From Epithemia pelagica (Eukaryota > Protista > Bacillariophyta): 64,000 nt of DNA. Position 1 is the first letter of the stretch. Every line of letters starts with the position of its first letter. The notes below the pieces were generated by a model that worked only from the letters and a program-made list of their open reading frames with translations, did not search any database and was not told the DNA's origin. The DNA is taken from assembly GCA_946965045.2 (NCBI GenBank), contig OX337234.1, forward strand, positions 3,286,001 through 3,350,000, in the 5' to 3' direction. The position numbers and the translations under genes are program-made. Positions 1-12,182 of this stretch are shown here, one piece after another.

Positions 1-1
1 G

Positions 2-1624
<1,623 letters not shown>

Positions 1625-2140
1625 AACAGGGCGGCCACCAAGTGCAAGACACAAGACGAAACAGACCACAAGCGGATGCATGAAAGGCTCGTCCAGAGGG
1701 GAACCGTGAACGGCAACGGATTGAAACTGTTGCTTCCACACTACTAGAGGTACGCTGCATGGGGTAGTTTGAAACTCGGCGTTCCTAAATATTATTATAA
1801 AGGGTGGAGCGTTTCAATGAAAGTTTAGAGCTACGTAGACATGTCGCGATGGCGCGTCTGCGCTCGTCCAAGTAGGAGCACAAAGTCCTCGTGGTATTTT
1901 GTTTCGCGTTTGAGGTTCTATGATCATGGTGGAAAGCCACAGCCGCGTCAACATCCGTTGGGTAGGGTCCATGTGGTCGCGTATGAGACGCGTCTTGCCG
2001 CATGACCGACAACAAGGGGAGCCTCATTTCACCCCCAGAAACCAGAGACGTGCACCCAAAACCAAAACGCACTCCACCACCGCACAAATGACCACAAAAG
2101 TTCATCTCGCATTCGCACCGTGCATTCAACCACCACCACC

Positions 2141-3196
2141 ATGGTATCGTTTGCGTCCAAATCCACGACGGCACCCGCTCTCTTGTTTGAAGACAGCTCC
2201 AATACGTCCAACACAGCCAACGGAGTAGCTGGAACCTTGAATTCGGGTACCACGACTGGTGAATCGTCAGCCTCGGCGGTGCAAGTGCTGGTCCATCCCT
2301 TGGTCTTGTTGCATGTCTTGGATCATCATACACGACGTCAAGAAGATGGCGGCCGTGTGATTGGAACATTGTTGGGACGTCGTGATGGATCGGTTGTGGA
2401 GGTCACCAACTGCTTTGCTGTCCCTCACGCCGAACGAGGGGAAGAAGTGGCCATTGGGAAGGATTTCAACAAACGCATGATGACCCTGTACACACGCACC
2501 AATCGACGAGAAACCGTGGTAGGATGGTATGCCTCGGCTGCAACAGGAAATTCCAATGCCACTGATAACGAGTCCTCGGAGGCCACGCCTCCTCCACCCT
2601 TGATTGCCGATACGTCTTCCTTGATTCATGAATTTTATGCGGGCGAAACCGATGAAGGAGCCGATCCCATTCATTTGGTGTTGGATACTCGATTGTTTAC
2701 CAATGAATTGTCGATTCGTGCCTACAAAAGTTCGCAGGTGGTAGTGCAGGGCGAAGCTGTGGGTAGTTTATTTCATGAATTGCCCCTCAAGCTCAAGAGC
2801 AATGAACCTGAAACCATTTGTTTGAATGAAATGATTGCATCGGCCAACAAGCAAAGCAAAAATGGCGATACGGAAACCACAATGACAACGACTACCACCT
2901 CACCTACCAAAGCCTTGGAAGCCTCCATGACCAAATTACATGGTTTGTTGGACCAAACCTGTGACTTTGTCGATTCGGTCGTGGACGGCAAGGTTCCCGC
3001 CAATGCCGAAATGGGTCGTCAATTGGCCGATGCCTTGGCCAGTGTGCCACGCATTCGACCACAAGTATTGGATCGCTTGTTTCATGACTCCTTGCAAGAT
3101 TTACTCATGGTCACCTATTTGGCCAATGTCACCCAAACCCAAGTCGATATCGCCGAAAAACTCAATGCCACCCTGGGAGTCGAACATGCCGCCTAA
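2141..3196 (+). CDS. EIF3F: Eukaryotic translation initiation factor 3 subunit F (MPN/JAB1 domain)
   Basis: VHPLVLLHVLDHHTRR...RVIGTLLG...EVTNCFAVPH.E...E.VVGWYAS MPN motif and C-terminal LQDLLMVTYLANVTQTQ..IAEKL typical of eIF3f; intronless; first ATG at 2141. Confidence 0.9.
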   Translation: MVSFASKSTTAPALLFEDSSNTSNTANGVAGTLNSGTTTGESSASAVQVLVHPLVLLHVLDHHTRRQEDGGRVIGTLLGRRDGSVVEVTNCFAVPHAERGEEVAIGKDFNKRMMTLYTRTNRRETVVGWYASAATGNSNATDNESSEATPPPPLIADTSSLIHEFYAGETDEGADPIHLVLDTRLFTNELSIRAYKSSQVVVQGEAVGSLFHELPLKLKSNEPETICLNEMIASANKQSKNGDTETTMTTTTTSPTKALEASMTKLHGLLDQTCDFVDSVVDGKVPANAEMGRQLADALASVPRIRPQVLDRLFHDSLQDLLMVTYLANVTQTQVDIAEKLNATLGVEHAA

Positions 3197-3777
3197 TACA
3201 CTATACCGCCTAATATAATACACTTGCACTTGACCCAACAAAAACACTTTCAAACAAACAAACAATACCACAAATATTCACGACAATTACTTACGTACCA
3301 AACAACAAAATCACCAATTACCATTTCTCTACCAACAACTACCGCCATCATTGCTCTGACACTATCAACAAACCCCAACAAATACTTACGAACAATCATT
3401 TGTCAGCCTACAAACAATCCTATCCTTCGCTTTTCAAGGGAAACGGTACCACTAAAAGGCAAACTCAGTAACAACACATATCTCAACTCTACAGAAGACA
3501 CACACAAAAGTTGATCCAGAACAACACTCGAAAATGGTAGACACGCAGCAGAAAATAACAAGAATAGTAGTTGCAAACAGTAAGAGAAAGAAAGAAAGTT
3601 TGATTGTACTCGGATAGGGCTAGCTTTGTAGGAAGGTCTCATTGTGCGGTGCCGATTATGGGTGTAGAGAATCGTTTGTGCCCAGGACCGAAAGACACAC
3701 ACACATCACAGGTCCGTACAACTGTTCCGAAGCGTCTAGCTAGATGAAACAGACAACGAGGCAAAACAGCGCAGTGT

Positions 3778-6057
3778 CTATCGGAATTCTCCGTCAAAGC
3801 CTTGAAAGCCTGAAAGCATAAAGGCATGATAATACGATTTTTTCACCAGTCTGCTGGTCCAATTCCAAGATGATGTAAGACGACCATCACTGTCCGTGTG
3901 GAATCCAGAACAAGTAACAAATCCGTGAGAACATGCTAGTGACAAACCATGATCCTGCCGTCTTTCTTCATATATAGTGTGTACGTACATGCAGGATCCT
4001 CCGTCGTCGCCACTGCCATCAAAGCCATGTTTGAAGTAATCGGACAAGACGGTTAATTTGAGTTTTTCCGGTGACCCAAATTGATCCTCAATGTAGGACA
4101 AGATGCGTTCGTCGTGACACAAATCACCCTGTTCCAATTCTTGCAAAAACTGTACCAAGGGATTGAGGAAACGAGGAATTTGCGTATACTTGTCAATGAA
4201 AATCAAGGCATTGGGGACATCGCGATCGCCCAAATGAATGACGGACAGGCCCACCCAGGAAGTACCGGCTTCTTGCTGCGTTTGATGCAACAAGTGACTC
4301 ATGACCTTGCGGACACGGGGACAATTCTGGACACGGTTCAAGCCCTGGCCGGTATTGTACAAGTGATAGCTCGAGGATGTCGACAACAAGTCTTCGTCGG
4401 CACAGACCCACTATCAAAACAAACACAATGAAGAAAGTTCACAATATGAGACGTGAGAGTGGAAATCCACATGCCATTGAAGCCCTTTGTATCACTGTGG
4501 TCTTGTTTCCGTGTTTGCCATCGTTGTACGTACCAGTCGATGCATGTGTCGCATTACTTTGCACCAGAGTCGGAGGGATTGCCACACAAAGACATATTGT
4601 GTACTGTGCGAATGGGACAAGGTGGGCCCTTCCGACGATCCGGAATGGTAGGCGGACAAGCCATACTTGGAAAAGCTACTACTACTATTGCTCGTCAAGG
4701 CCCCGCGTCCTCCACGAAGGGCCAAGGAAAATGGCTTTTCCTCTCGTTCGGGATCAAAGCAGGTTTCCAAATACTGCAACATTTGTTGCACCGGCCGAAC
4801 ATTGCTTTCCATGTACTCCATGGCATCTGCCAGGGATTCGACCACTCGTAAGACATCGGCCTTGGTCAAGAGCTTTGGGCGTTTGGACTTGTGATGTTTC
4901 TTTTTGCTGGACTTGCTGCTGTCCGCAGGCGAAACCTTGTCTTGTGCCGGATTCACCTCGTGTGGTGGCACCGAGTCGTCTTGTGGGTTTTCATTCGTTC
5001 CCTCATTCGTTGGCCCCTGCGCTTGTGGGTTATGTTCCTCCTCATCCTCCATGCCATGGTGGTGCGTGTCATCCTCTGTAGTATTCTCGTCGTCGTCGTC
5101 CGTGTGATCGTGTCCATAGAGCTGTACCAATTCTTGTGTAACCTTGTGTTTGCCCTGCACGAGCGATTGGACATGATCCCGGGGCAGTTTTTGTCCGGTT
5201 CGCGGATCGCGATCGGAAATGTATTGAATGGCACATTCCAATCGTGGATCGGTCAACAATTGCAATCCATTGTCGTATTGCTCCAAAAAGGGTTGGACCA
5301 GGACCAAGTCCTTGTGCAAGGAAAACCCTAACGATTTGGTCACCGTGGCATTGGATGCATCTTGCAACAAGTACATTAATTTGCCATAGGTGGTTCGCAT
5401 CGAGGCTGGGTTCAAGACCTTGTTGCGACGGCCGACTTCAAACATGGTTTGGAGCAATTGGGCATTGTCTTGTGGATCGCGCGAGGCCCAGGCCGAGGTT
5501 TCGGCCGGAGTGTCCATCTCCATGGTATTATTCAAAGCGCCCTTTTGCTTCTTTCCCTTGAGTTTCTTTTGTTGATTTCGTTTGAGTCGTTTGTTCTTTT
5601 TGTTCTTTTTGCCCTTTTTGGGAAAGAGTCCCAGACTCGGTTCGTCCTTGTCGTCGTCTTTGGAGTCGCCCGGTGGGACCAGGGTGGTTGCGGCCACGGC
5701 GGCTTGTGTCATTTCCCGTTCGTGTCCACTGGCCGTGACCAAACCGGTGGCAATGTGACAGGCTTCCAAAATTTGTTCCAAAATGCGTCGCGTCTTGGTG
5801 GGAGCACCACCACCCCGGGATCGGGCATACGAGGAGGAGGAAAAGGAGGAGGAATAATACATGTAGGACGAGGTGGAAACATCGACATGATCGGTATATT
5901 CCGAAACATTCAAGGTTTGTTCCAAGACTTGGAGCAATTTACGTTCGTGGGCCGACAAGCGCAGGGGAACCCATTGGGCCAACTCCATCAAGTTCCATTC
6001 ATCCTTGGCGGCACTTTTGGACGACGAAATGGATGATCCACGACCCATTAATCGCAT
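3778..6057 (-). CDS. DUF2009/UPF0652 family (non-canonical E2-like) protein; exons 6057-4534, 4410-3989, 3889-3778; 5' end may extend upstream
   Basis: Family motifs WVPLRLSAHERKLLQVLEQTLNVSEYTDHVD, RRNKVLNPASMRTTYGKLMYLLQD, LSHSHSTQYVFVWQSL and, after splicing, GSC|IDGRLTSSWNW...FMLSGFQGFDG; GT-AG introns 4533-4411 and 3988-3890 restore the frame. Confidence 0.85.
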
Positions 6058-7629
6058 CTTTTTGGAGACGGGAAAGATATCCGAGGATGCGACACTGTCG
6101 TCGTCGTAGGGGTTGTTGTTGTTGTTGTTCCAACCAGAAGAAGACTGGAGCGCTTGTGCAGAAAGTTCCTCGTTGTCGTGTTCTTCTTCTTGTTCTTGTC
6201 CGTAGTGAGGAGGAGAGGGTGTAAAGGGGGACGGATCCGAGCGTGGTGTCCACCACGACGATCCAGATAAGGACGTACAGGAGGAGACGGAGGAAGAATC
6301 ACTCGTGGTGGCGGCAATGGTTGGATTGAAAAATCCAAAGGGTTTGGAGCTGGAATTTTTAGTGTGGACCAGAGAATCCGTTCCACCAAAAAGTTGCCAC
6401 TGCTTTCTTGACAAAGTCAAGAGAACCTCCAATTCAAAAAAGACAAATGATGTGGACCAGGAAGAAACAAACAACGACAACCCTAAGAGCCGATTTTCGT
6501 GTTTGGTAATCTGGGTTTTGTGAGGAAGACTAACTGTGGCTCTTCTTCTTCTTCTCCTCTGCTTCGTTGATTTCCTGCAGGCTTGTCGCTGGCTCTCTGT
6601 TGGACTGGTAACAGTCTTTCTTGTTGGAGGTAGTCTGGTTTGGAGAACACAGTAAGGTGTATTCTTTGTCGTTTGTTGTTGTGGTTGTCGTCGTATTTGT
6701 GCGGTTCCCAGTTCCCACTCCGAAAAACCGCCGTGACTTCCGGGACTCCCTTTCACGAGTCGTCTTCTGACCGACGACGATCGGACGCGCTACATGTGGT
6801 AGGCGCGCTACACATTTTTTTAGGATATGCATCTCCGAGGGGATCAATCCAATGAATGTATCTCCAGTTGTGATCATTTTGTTCATGAACCCGAACGACC
6901 GAGGCAGATGTCGGCATTCTACTCCTACTGTAAGAAGTGGTTTCCTCAACGACATGGTGGATCGTTTCCTCTACACGCTACTAGAGAGTTGGAGTGAACC
7001 CATTCACAGGGGGTGCGCCTTGTTTCTACAAACAACATATGCGCCAACGAATGTTGCATCCGCTGCAGTTTGTCCTTTTCCTGGCTTGAATCTCCGTAAA
7101 CGGATCATCATTCTTTCTCGAGCGTCCTTTTTGGAAAGGCCCTCGGTTGCAGTTCCGGACGTGAAACAGACCAGATGGATTTGGTTTGGAGTTTTGCCGC
7201 TCCTTCGCACTACTGAGGCGGTTGAATCTCCCATTGCTGCTCCGATTGCCTCTCCAGTAGTTGCCGCACTGGCAGTTACTGGAGGGTACCCCAATGGTAG
7301 CAAATTGTGCTCTGGAGTCCAGTCGCGAAACCCTTTCGTACTCACACACCCTTTTCTCGTCATCTTGAGCCGAGTCTTGTTTCTGAGGTATAGTGGAAGT
7401 ATCCGAAGGAAGGCACAGCTCCAGATTTTGAGAAAAGGGTCGAATCCGAAAGGGTGTTGCACAACTGGCGCGGAATTTCTCTGTCGAATTTTGCTCCAGC
7501 TCCAACCATTGCGAGTTCTCCAAAGAATGCCAGAAATTTGGCTGTGCTGCAGAATGTCGGAGAGGATGCCGCTTCGAGCAGTTGACACCAGACCCTGTTG
7601 CTTGGACGAATGCCATCCAAAGTCTCCCT

Positions 7630-8165
7630 CTTCACTGGAGCCTCAGGCTTGGACAATGAATCGCTGCTGTTCTGATCCGGAGGCACTCTTGGTTTTGGTG
7701 GCTCGTCGGATGGCGCTGCCGTGGCATCCATATGCACCTCTTCAAGATCCGTCATGGAGACTCTTTGGAATGTTGTCGTAGTGGCAAGAGTCCCATCTTT
7801 ATCTAGATCTACTTTGGTAGATCAATCTAAAGAAGCTAGATCATGCCAAAGACGATACTCTTGCCACCACCAAAACAATTTGCAAAAACCAAAAGAGTTT
7901 ATCCAACTTCACTGGAGCCTCAGTCGTTGACAATGAATCCATCCTTTGATCCTGTTGCACTCACAGTTTCGGTTGCCTCCCTCCGACCCGTCGAATGGCG
8001 ATGCCGTGGAATCCATGTGCACCACTTTGATCACTGTCATTGAGACTCTTTGGACTGTTTGAGTGGTGGCAAGAATCCCAATTTTATCCGGGAGGGCTCA
8101 AGATCAAAATGGGATTGTCGTCACCACCACCAGAACATTTTCCAAAACCAAAGAAAGACTCGATC
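7630..8165. repeat. Degenerate tandem duplication (~270-280 bp period) with an internal hairpin
   Basis: cttcactggagcctcag at 7630 and 7907; gagactctttgga...gtggcaaga.tccca in both copies; ccaccacca.aaca.ttt.caaaacca at ~7863 and ~8124. Confidence 0.75.
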
Positions 8166-9050
8166 CAACTCAATGTTTGTAGTGTCGTGGAACTGTGTCG
8201 CATATGGCATGCCCCTACTCCCTACCTCCTAGGTAGACAGCCAATCCTAGCGAGTCGGCAAACGACCACCAGCTTGTGCGCGTTTGTCGTAGTTGTAATA
8301 GGATGCGTGCGGGTTCCAGTGAATCGAACAGTTGTGCGTTTCAGTCCCAAAGCGTTGGGTTTCTTCACTGTCTGTCACTTTGACAGAGAGAGAGAGAAGT
8401 CCTCTCTCGTCCGTTTTCGGCAGTCATGGTGGTTTTTCTCTCTTGTTGAGAGAGCTGAATTGTGGAGGTACGCGCCAGGTTGAAGTGGACTTTACGAGAT
8501 TTTCATGTGAACCTGTGTGGGGGAAGCAGAAGCAGCGGCCAGCTCACTCGCGCCTGCCGTGCCTAAGTTATCGTCATGCCACGTTGGACCACGAAAAATC
8601 CACGCCGGCACCATGTCGTTGCAATGTCGTAGTCTTAGCTAGTTTCAGTGTCTTGCGTCAGCAGAACAATGGCCACAGCAGGCACACCACGATGACGTTG
8701 GCCAAGTTCGATCGTTTGTTCGCCCACGTTGCCCTCACTTTTTGCCAAAACCATTCGAGGTGGCCTGTGATTGGCGCGTACGTGTGTGTGTGTGTGCCGA
8801 TTGGAACCAATTCTCTTGTTCTCGTCCTACAAATACCCATTCTTCATACACTGCTCCCTCCGATCGGGACGAGAACCTTTTTGTGGGCGAGACAAGAGAG
8901 AAGCATTGCCACAGCTTGTGTCGGTTTTCTGCAGCACAGCAACAATTGAAATCACCGACACTTCTGTTTCTTTTTGTGATCCTTGAGTTCCATTTCATTC
9001 CGGCTTTTCCTGTCATTGCCAAGTGTTTCAATCTTTTTGTCCCATTCACA

Positions 9051-10580
9051 ATGATCTCTTCTCTCAAGACATGGTTGCTCGGGGCCGTGGCCCTCGTCAT
9101 GGTCGCCACCCATACGACCGAGGCCTTTGTGGCAGGACCCGGAGCGTCGTCGTCGACTGTGCGGTCCTGGACTCGAACGGTTGTTGTCGAGCCACATGAT
9201 GCAACCCGACGCATGTCGAGGATTGCGGCAACCTTGTTGAAAGAGGACGTGGCAACGGAAAAGAAATCGGCATCATCGGCAGCCACCCTTGTCCAGTCGG
9301 ACAACGACGAGCAAGACACCACGGCCAATGGTGCCTCGGACTTTACCAAGGGCTTTGCCATTATTGGGTTAATCACACTCTTTAATGCCTCCCTCTCTCC
9401 CGTATGGCATGTTGTCTTTCAAGATGGCGTGGCTCCTCCACCCTTGTTTCTCAATGCGGCCGTCAGTGTCACAGCCTTTTTGGGACTACTGGCCGGTGGA
9501 CCCCTTTTGGACAAGAGTGTCGATTCGATTGGAGGCATTGCGCAAGCCCAAGACCAAAAATGGTCCGCCAAGAGTTTTCGGGGCGGTATGGAACTCGGAT
9601 TGTGGAAGGGCATTGGTACGTGGAGAAAATGTGGTCGTCGACGGTCGACACGTTTATCGTCGAAACCACTGGACAGGACGACCGCTTGGTCATTGGCATT
9701 CGATGCTTTGTCTGGTTTCAGTATCAACACTCACGCTGTTATGCTCTTGTCATTGTTGCAATCGATCGGCACATGGACCATTTCGGTTTGCAGGTACCAT
9801 GGCTCACATTGGTGGCATGTCCTTGACGACGGCCAATCACGGTGCCTTTTTGTTGCAAATGACCACCTTGATTGTCCCCGTCATGCAAGGCTTTTTGGGT
9901 GAACAAATTCCGCGCAAACTCCAAATGGCGGTGGCGTTGGCATTGCTGGGTATTGTCACCTTTACTCAAGATCCCACGGGTACGCAGGATGCCTTGGCCA
10001 ATGCCGACCAAATCCGTTTGGGCGATGGCCTCGTCTTGACGGCCGCCTTTTTTTACTCGCTCTACGATTTGCAAACCTTTTATTGGGGACGAGAAATTCC
10101 CCGCAATGAATTGGTGACCATCAAGGTGGGATTTCAAGCTGTCCTCTCCTGTATTGTCTGCGCCGTCGTGGCCTCGGGCGACACCATGGAGTACCTGTCG
10201 TCGGAACCCAACTGGAGTCTCTTTGTTCCCACCATTCTCTGGAGTGGTCTCATGTAAGTCGTCTCGTGGGACCGGCTGATTCGGTCCGGATATCATTGCC
10301 ATGGTACAACTCACTCTCTTGCTTCTTCCTTGTCAGTGTCAATGCGTTGGCCACCTTTTTGCAAATTGGCGGCATGCAAGCCATTGGTCCGACTCGAGCG
10401 CAAACGATTTTTGCCAGTCAGCCCTTGTGCGCCGCCGTCATGAACTTTGTCTTTTTGGGTGAAATTATTGGCACTCAAGGCTTTTTGGGTGGCGGAGCCT
10501 TTATTGGGGCCCTCGTCTTGGCCGCTACAAGTGAATCCTCACCACCGTCGGACGAGGAACCGGCCCCTCAAAACGCCTAA
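9051..10580 (+). CDS. EamA/drug-metabolite transporter family protein, probably plastid-targeted; exons 9051-9615, 9794-10253, 10337-10580
   Basis: Signal peptide ending TEA-FV (bipartite plastid motif), about 10 hydrophobic helices, EamA motifs GMELGLW, GLSLTTA.HGAFLLQMTTLIVP-like and RAQTIFASQPL; canonical GT-AG introns preserve the frame. Confidence 0.85.
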
Positions 10581-11576
10581 GTCTCCTTCTGCTTCCAGAG
10601 AGTGGAATGGGCACCCATGGCCGTCACGACAACAACAGCAAAGAAACCCGCATTGTTCTCGCACAAATAGCCGCGGTGTTGTTGTTGTTGTTGTTGTTGG
10701 AACTATAGGGAGGCATGGTTTGAATTTTTGTTCTACTGGAATCTCGGGTTGGTTGCGCAGCACATGTGTGACGGGAATATACACTAGAGGATACCCGCAG
10801 ACACACACCGACACAAACAATGACTCAAGAGTCGCAATCAAACAAGGGATTCCACCATCATTTCTCGTTGGTGGTAGGTAGCACACGGAACAACAACAAC
10901 AACACCTGTAATACTAGAATACTGATGAAATTAGGTAGCTGATCCAACAAGCCTTATTGAACTATCTACGCTCGTCTTAGGCAAAGATACGCGCACCTTG
11001 TCTCATCCCCATGCTGGCTGGTGTAGTTACCATCTCATTCCTGTATCCACAAGACGTTGCATCGGTTGCCTCAACATTGGCTATTGGCGACGTAGAGCCG
11101 GCTCGCATTTTCGCAAGCGTTATGCGACCAACCCAACTCAAACTAACGCCCCTGCCATTCATCTCGGCTGCTATGCCTTCCCCCAGCCCCTACCAGAACC
11201 CACGATCACATTCGGCTCATCGAAGATTCCAAGTTCCGATGGAGATTCCGCTTCCGTCAGTGACAATTCTTACTTAGACCGATTGAGGAATGCCTCTGAA
11301 TGCAGCCTGTCTCAAAGTACACCCAACAGGAATCAGAATAAGGTCATCTGTCAAAAAATTTTGTCATTTCTCATTTCACATTTCACAGATCGAAAACAGC
11401 ATGAAATTCACGAGACGCGAAAAGAAAGTCCAAGACAAAAAGGAAAAAGGAAAAAGGACAAGGGGGACAAAAAGGACAAGGGACCTTCAACCTTCAATGG
11501 AATTTCAGAATCTCATTGGTCCAGCACGAATACAGTCATCAGTCATTGCCAAAAGAGAATACAAGGTAGAGCCAAC

Positions 11577-11615
11577 ATCTGCAATCTGCAATCTGCAATC
11601 TGCAATCTGCAATCT
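11577..11615. repeat. Heptamer microsatellite (ATCTGCA)x5
   Basis: Read directly from the sequence. Confidence 0.95.
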
Positions 11616-11848
11616 TCATCGCCTCGCAGGCCCCAGTCAGAGTTAGACCAACAAAGAAGTTCTAACTTTTCTCTGACAACTGACAATAGTTCTTCACCAT
11701 CAATGACTGGGACTGGTAGCTGGTAGAGATAAAATTTTTAAAAAATTCATCTAGGTAGCTAATAGCTACTATTCCTCTTGTTCGTAGTTCGTGCCTTCTT
11801 GCTTCGTGGACTTGTGTACTATGAAATTTAAATAATGGTGGTAGGTGG

Positions 11849-11883
11849 TAGACGATAGACGATAGACGATAGACGATAGACGA
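11849..11883. repeat. Heptamer microsatellite (TAGACGA)x5
   Basis: Read directly from the sequence. Confidence 0.95.
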
Positions 11884-12182
11884 CATCATAAATCATCAAT
11901 CACATTATGTATTATGTCATACAAAGTACGAGTACGTAGGACTAGGATCTAGGATTCATTTGAAGCCACTACAAGTACTGTAAGGGCTTTTATCAAATGG
12001 GCAGAGAAAGCTCGTTGGGATCTCTTGTATGCAAGAATGCCAAGAACAGAACTTCAATTGCTCTGGCTACGTGGCATGTGCCTAGCTAGCCCTATCGCCA
12101 CACCACCAGCTGCACACCACTTTCTCATCTCACCACATTTTTTGGGTCACAAAAGAGCAGTGCTCTCATATTAAAACTCATC

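Noticed and set aside
2120-3196. Alternative call as proteasome subunit Rpn8/PSMD7
   Set aside because: The C-terminal LMVTYLANVTQTQ..IAEKL and the PHxE motif fit eIF3f better
6852-7781. 309-aa plus-strand ORF and overlapping minus-strand ORFs
   Set aside because: No motifs and mutually overlapping frames; I cannot support any of them as a gene
10998-11726. 242-aa ORF
   Set aside because: Non-ATG start, runs through a heptamer microsatellite, and has no domain signal
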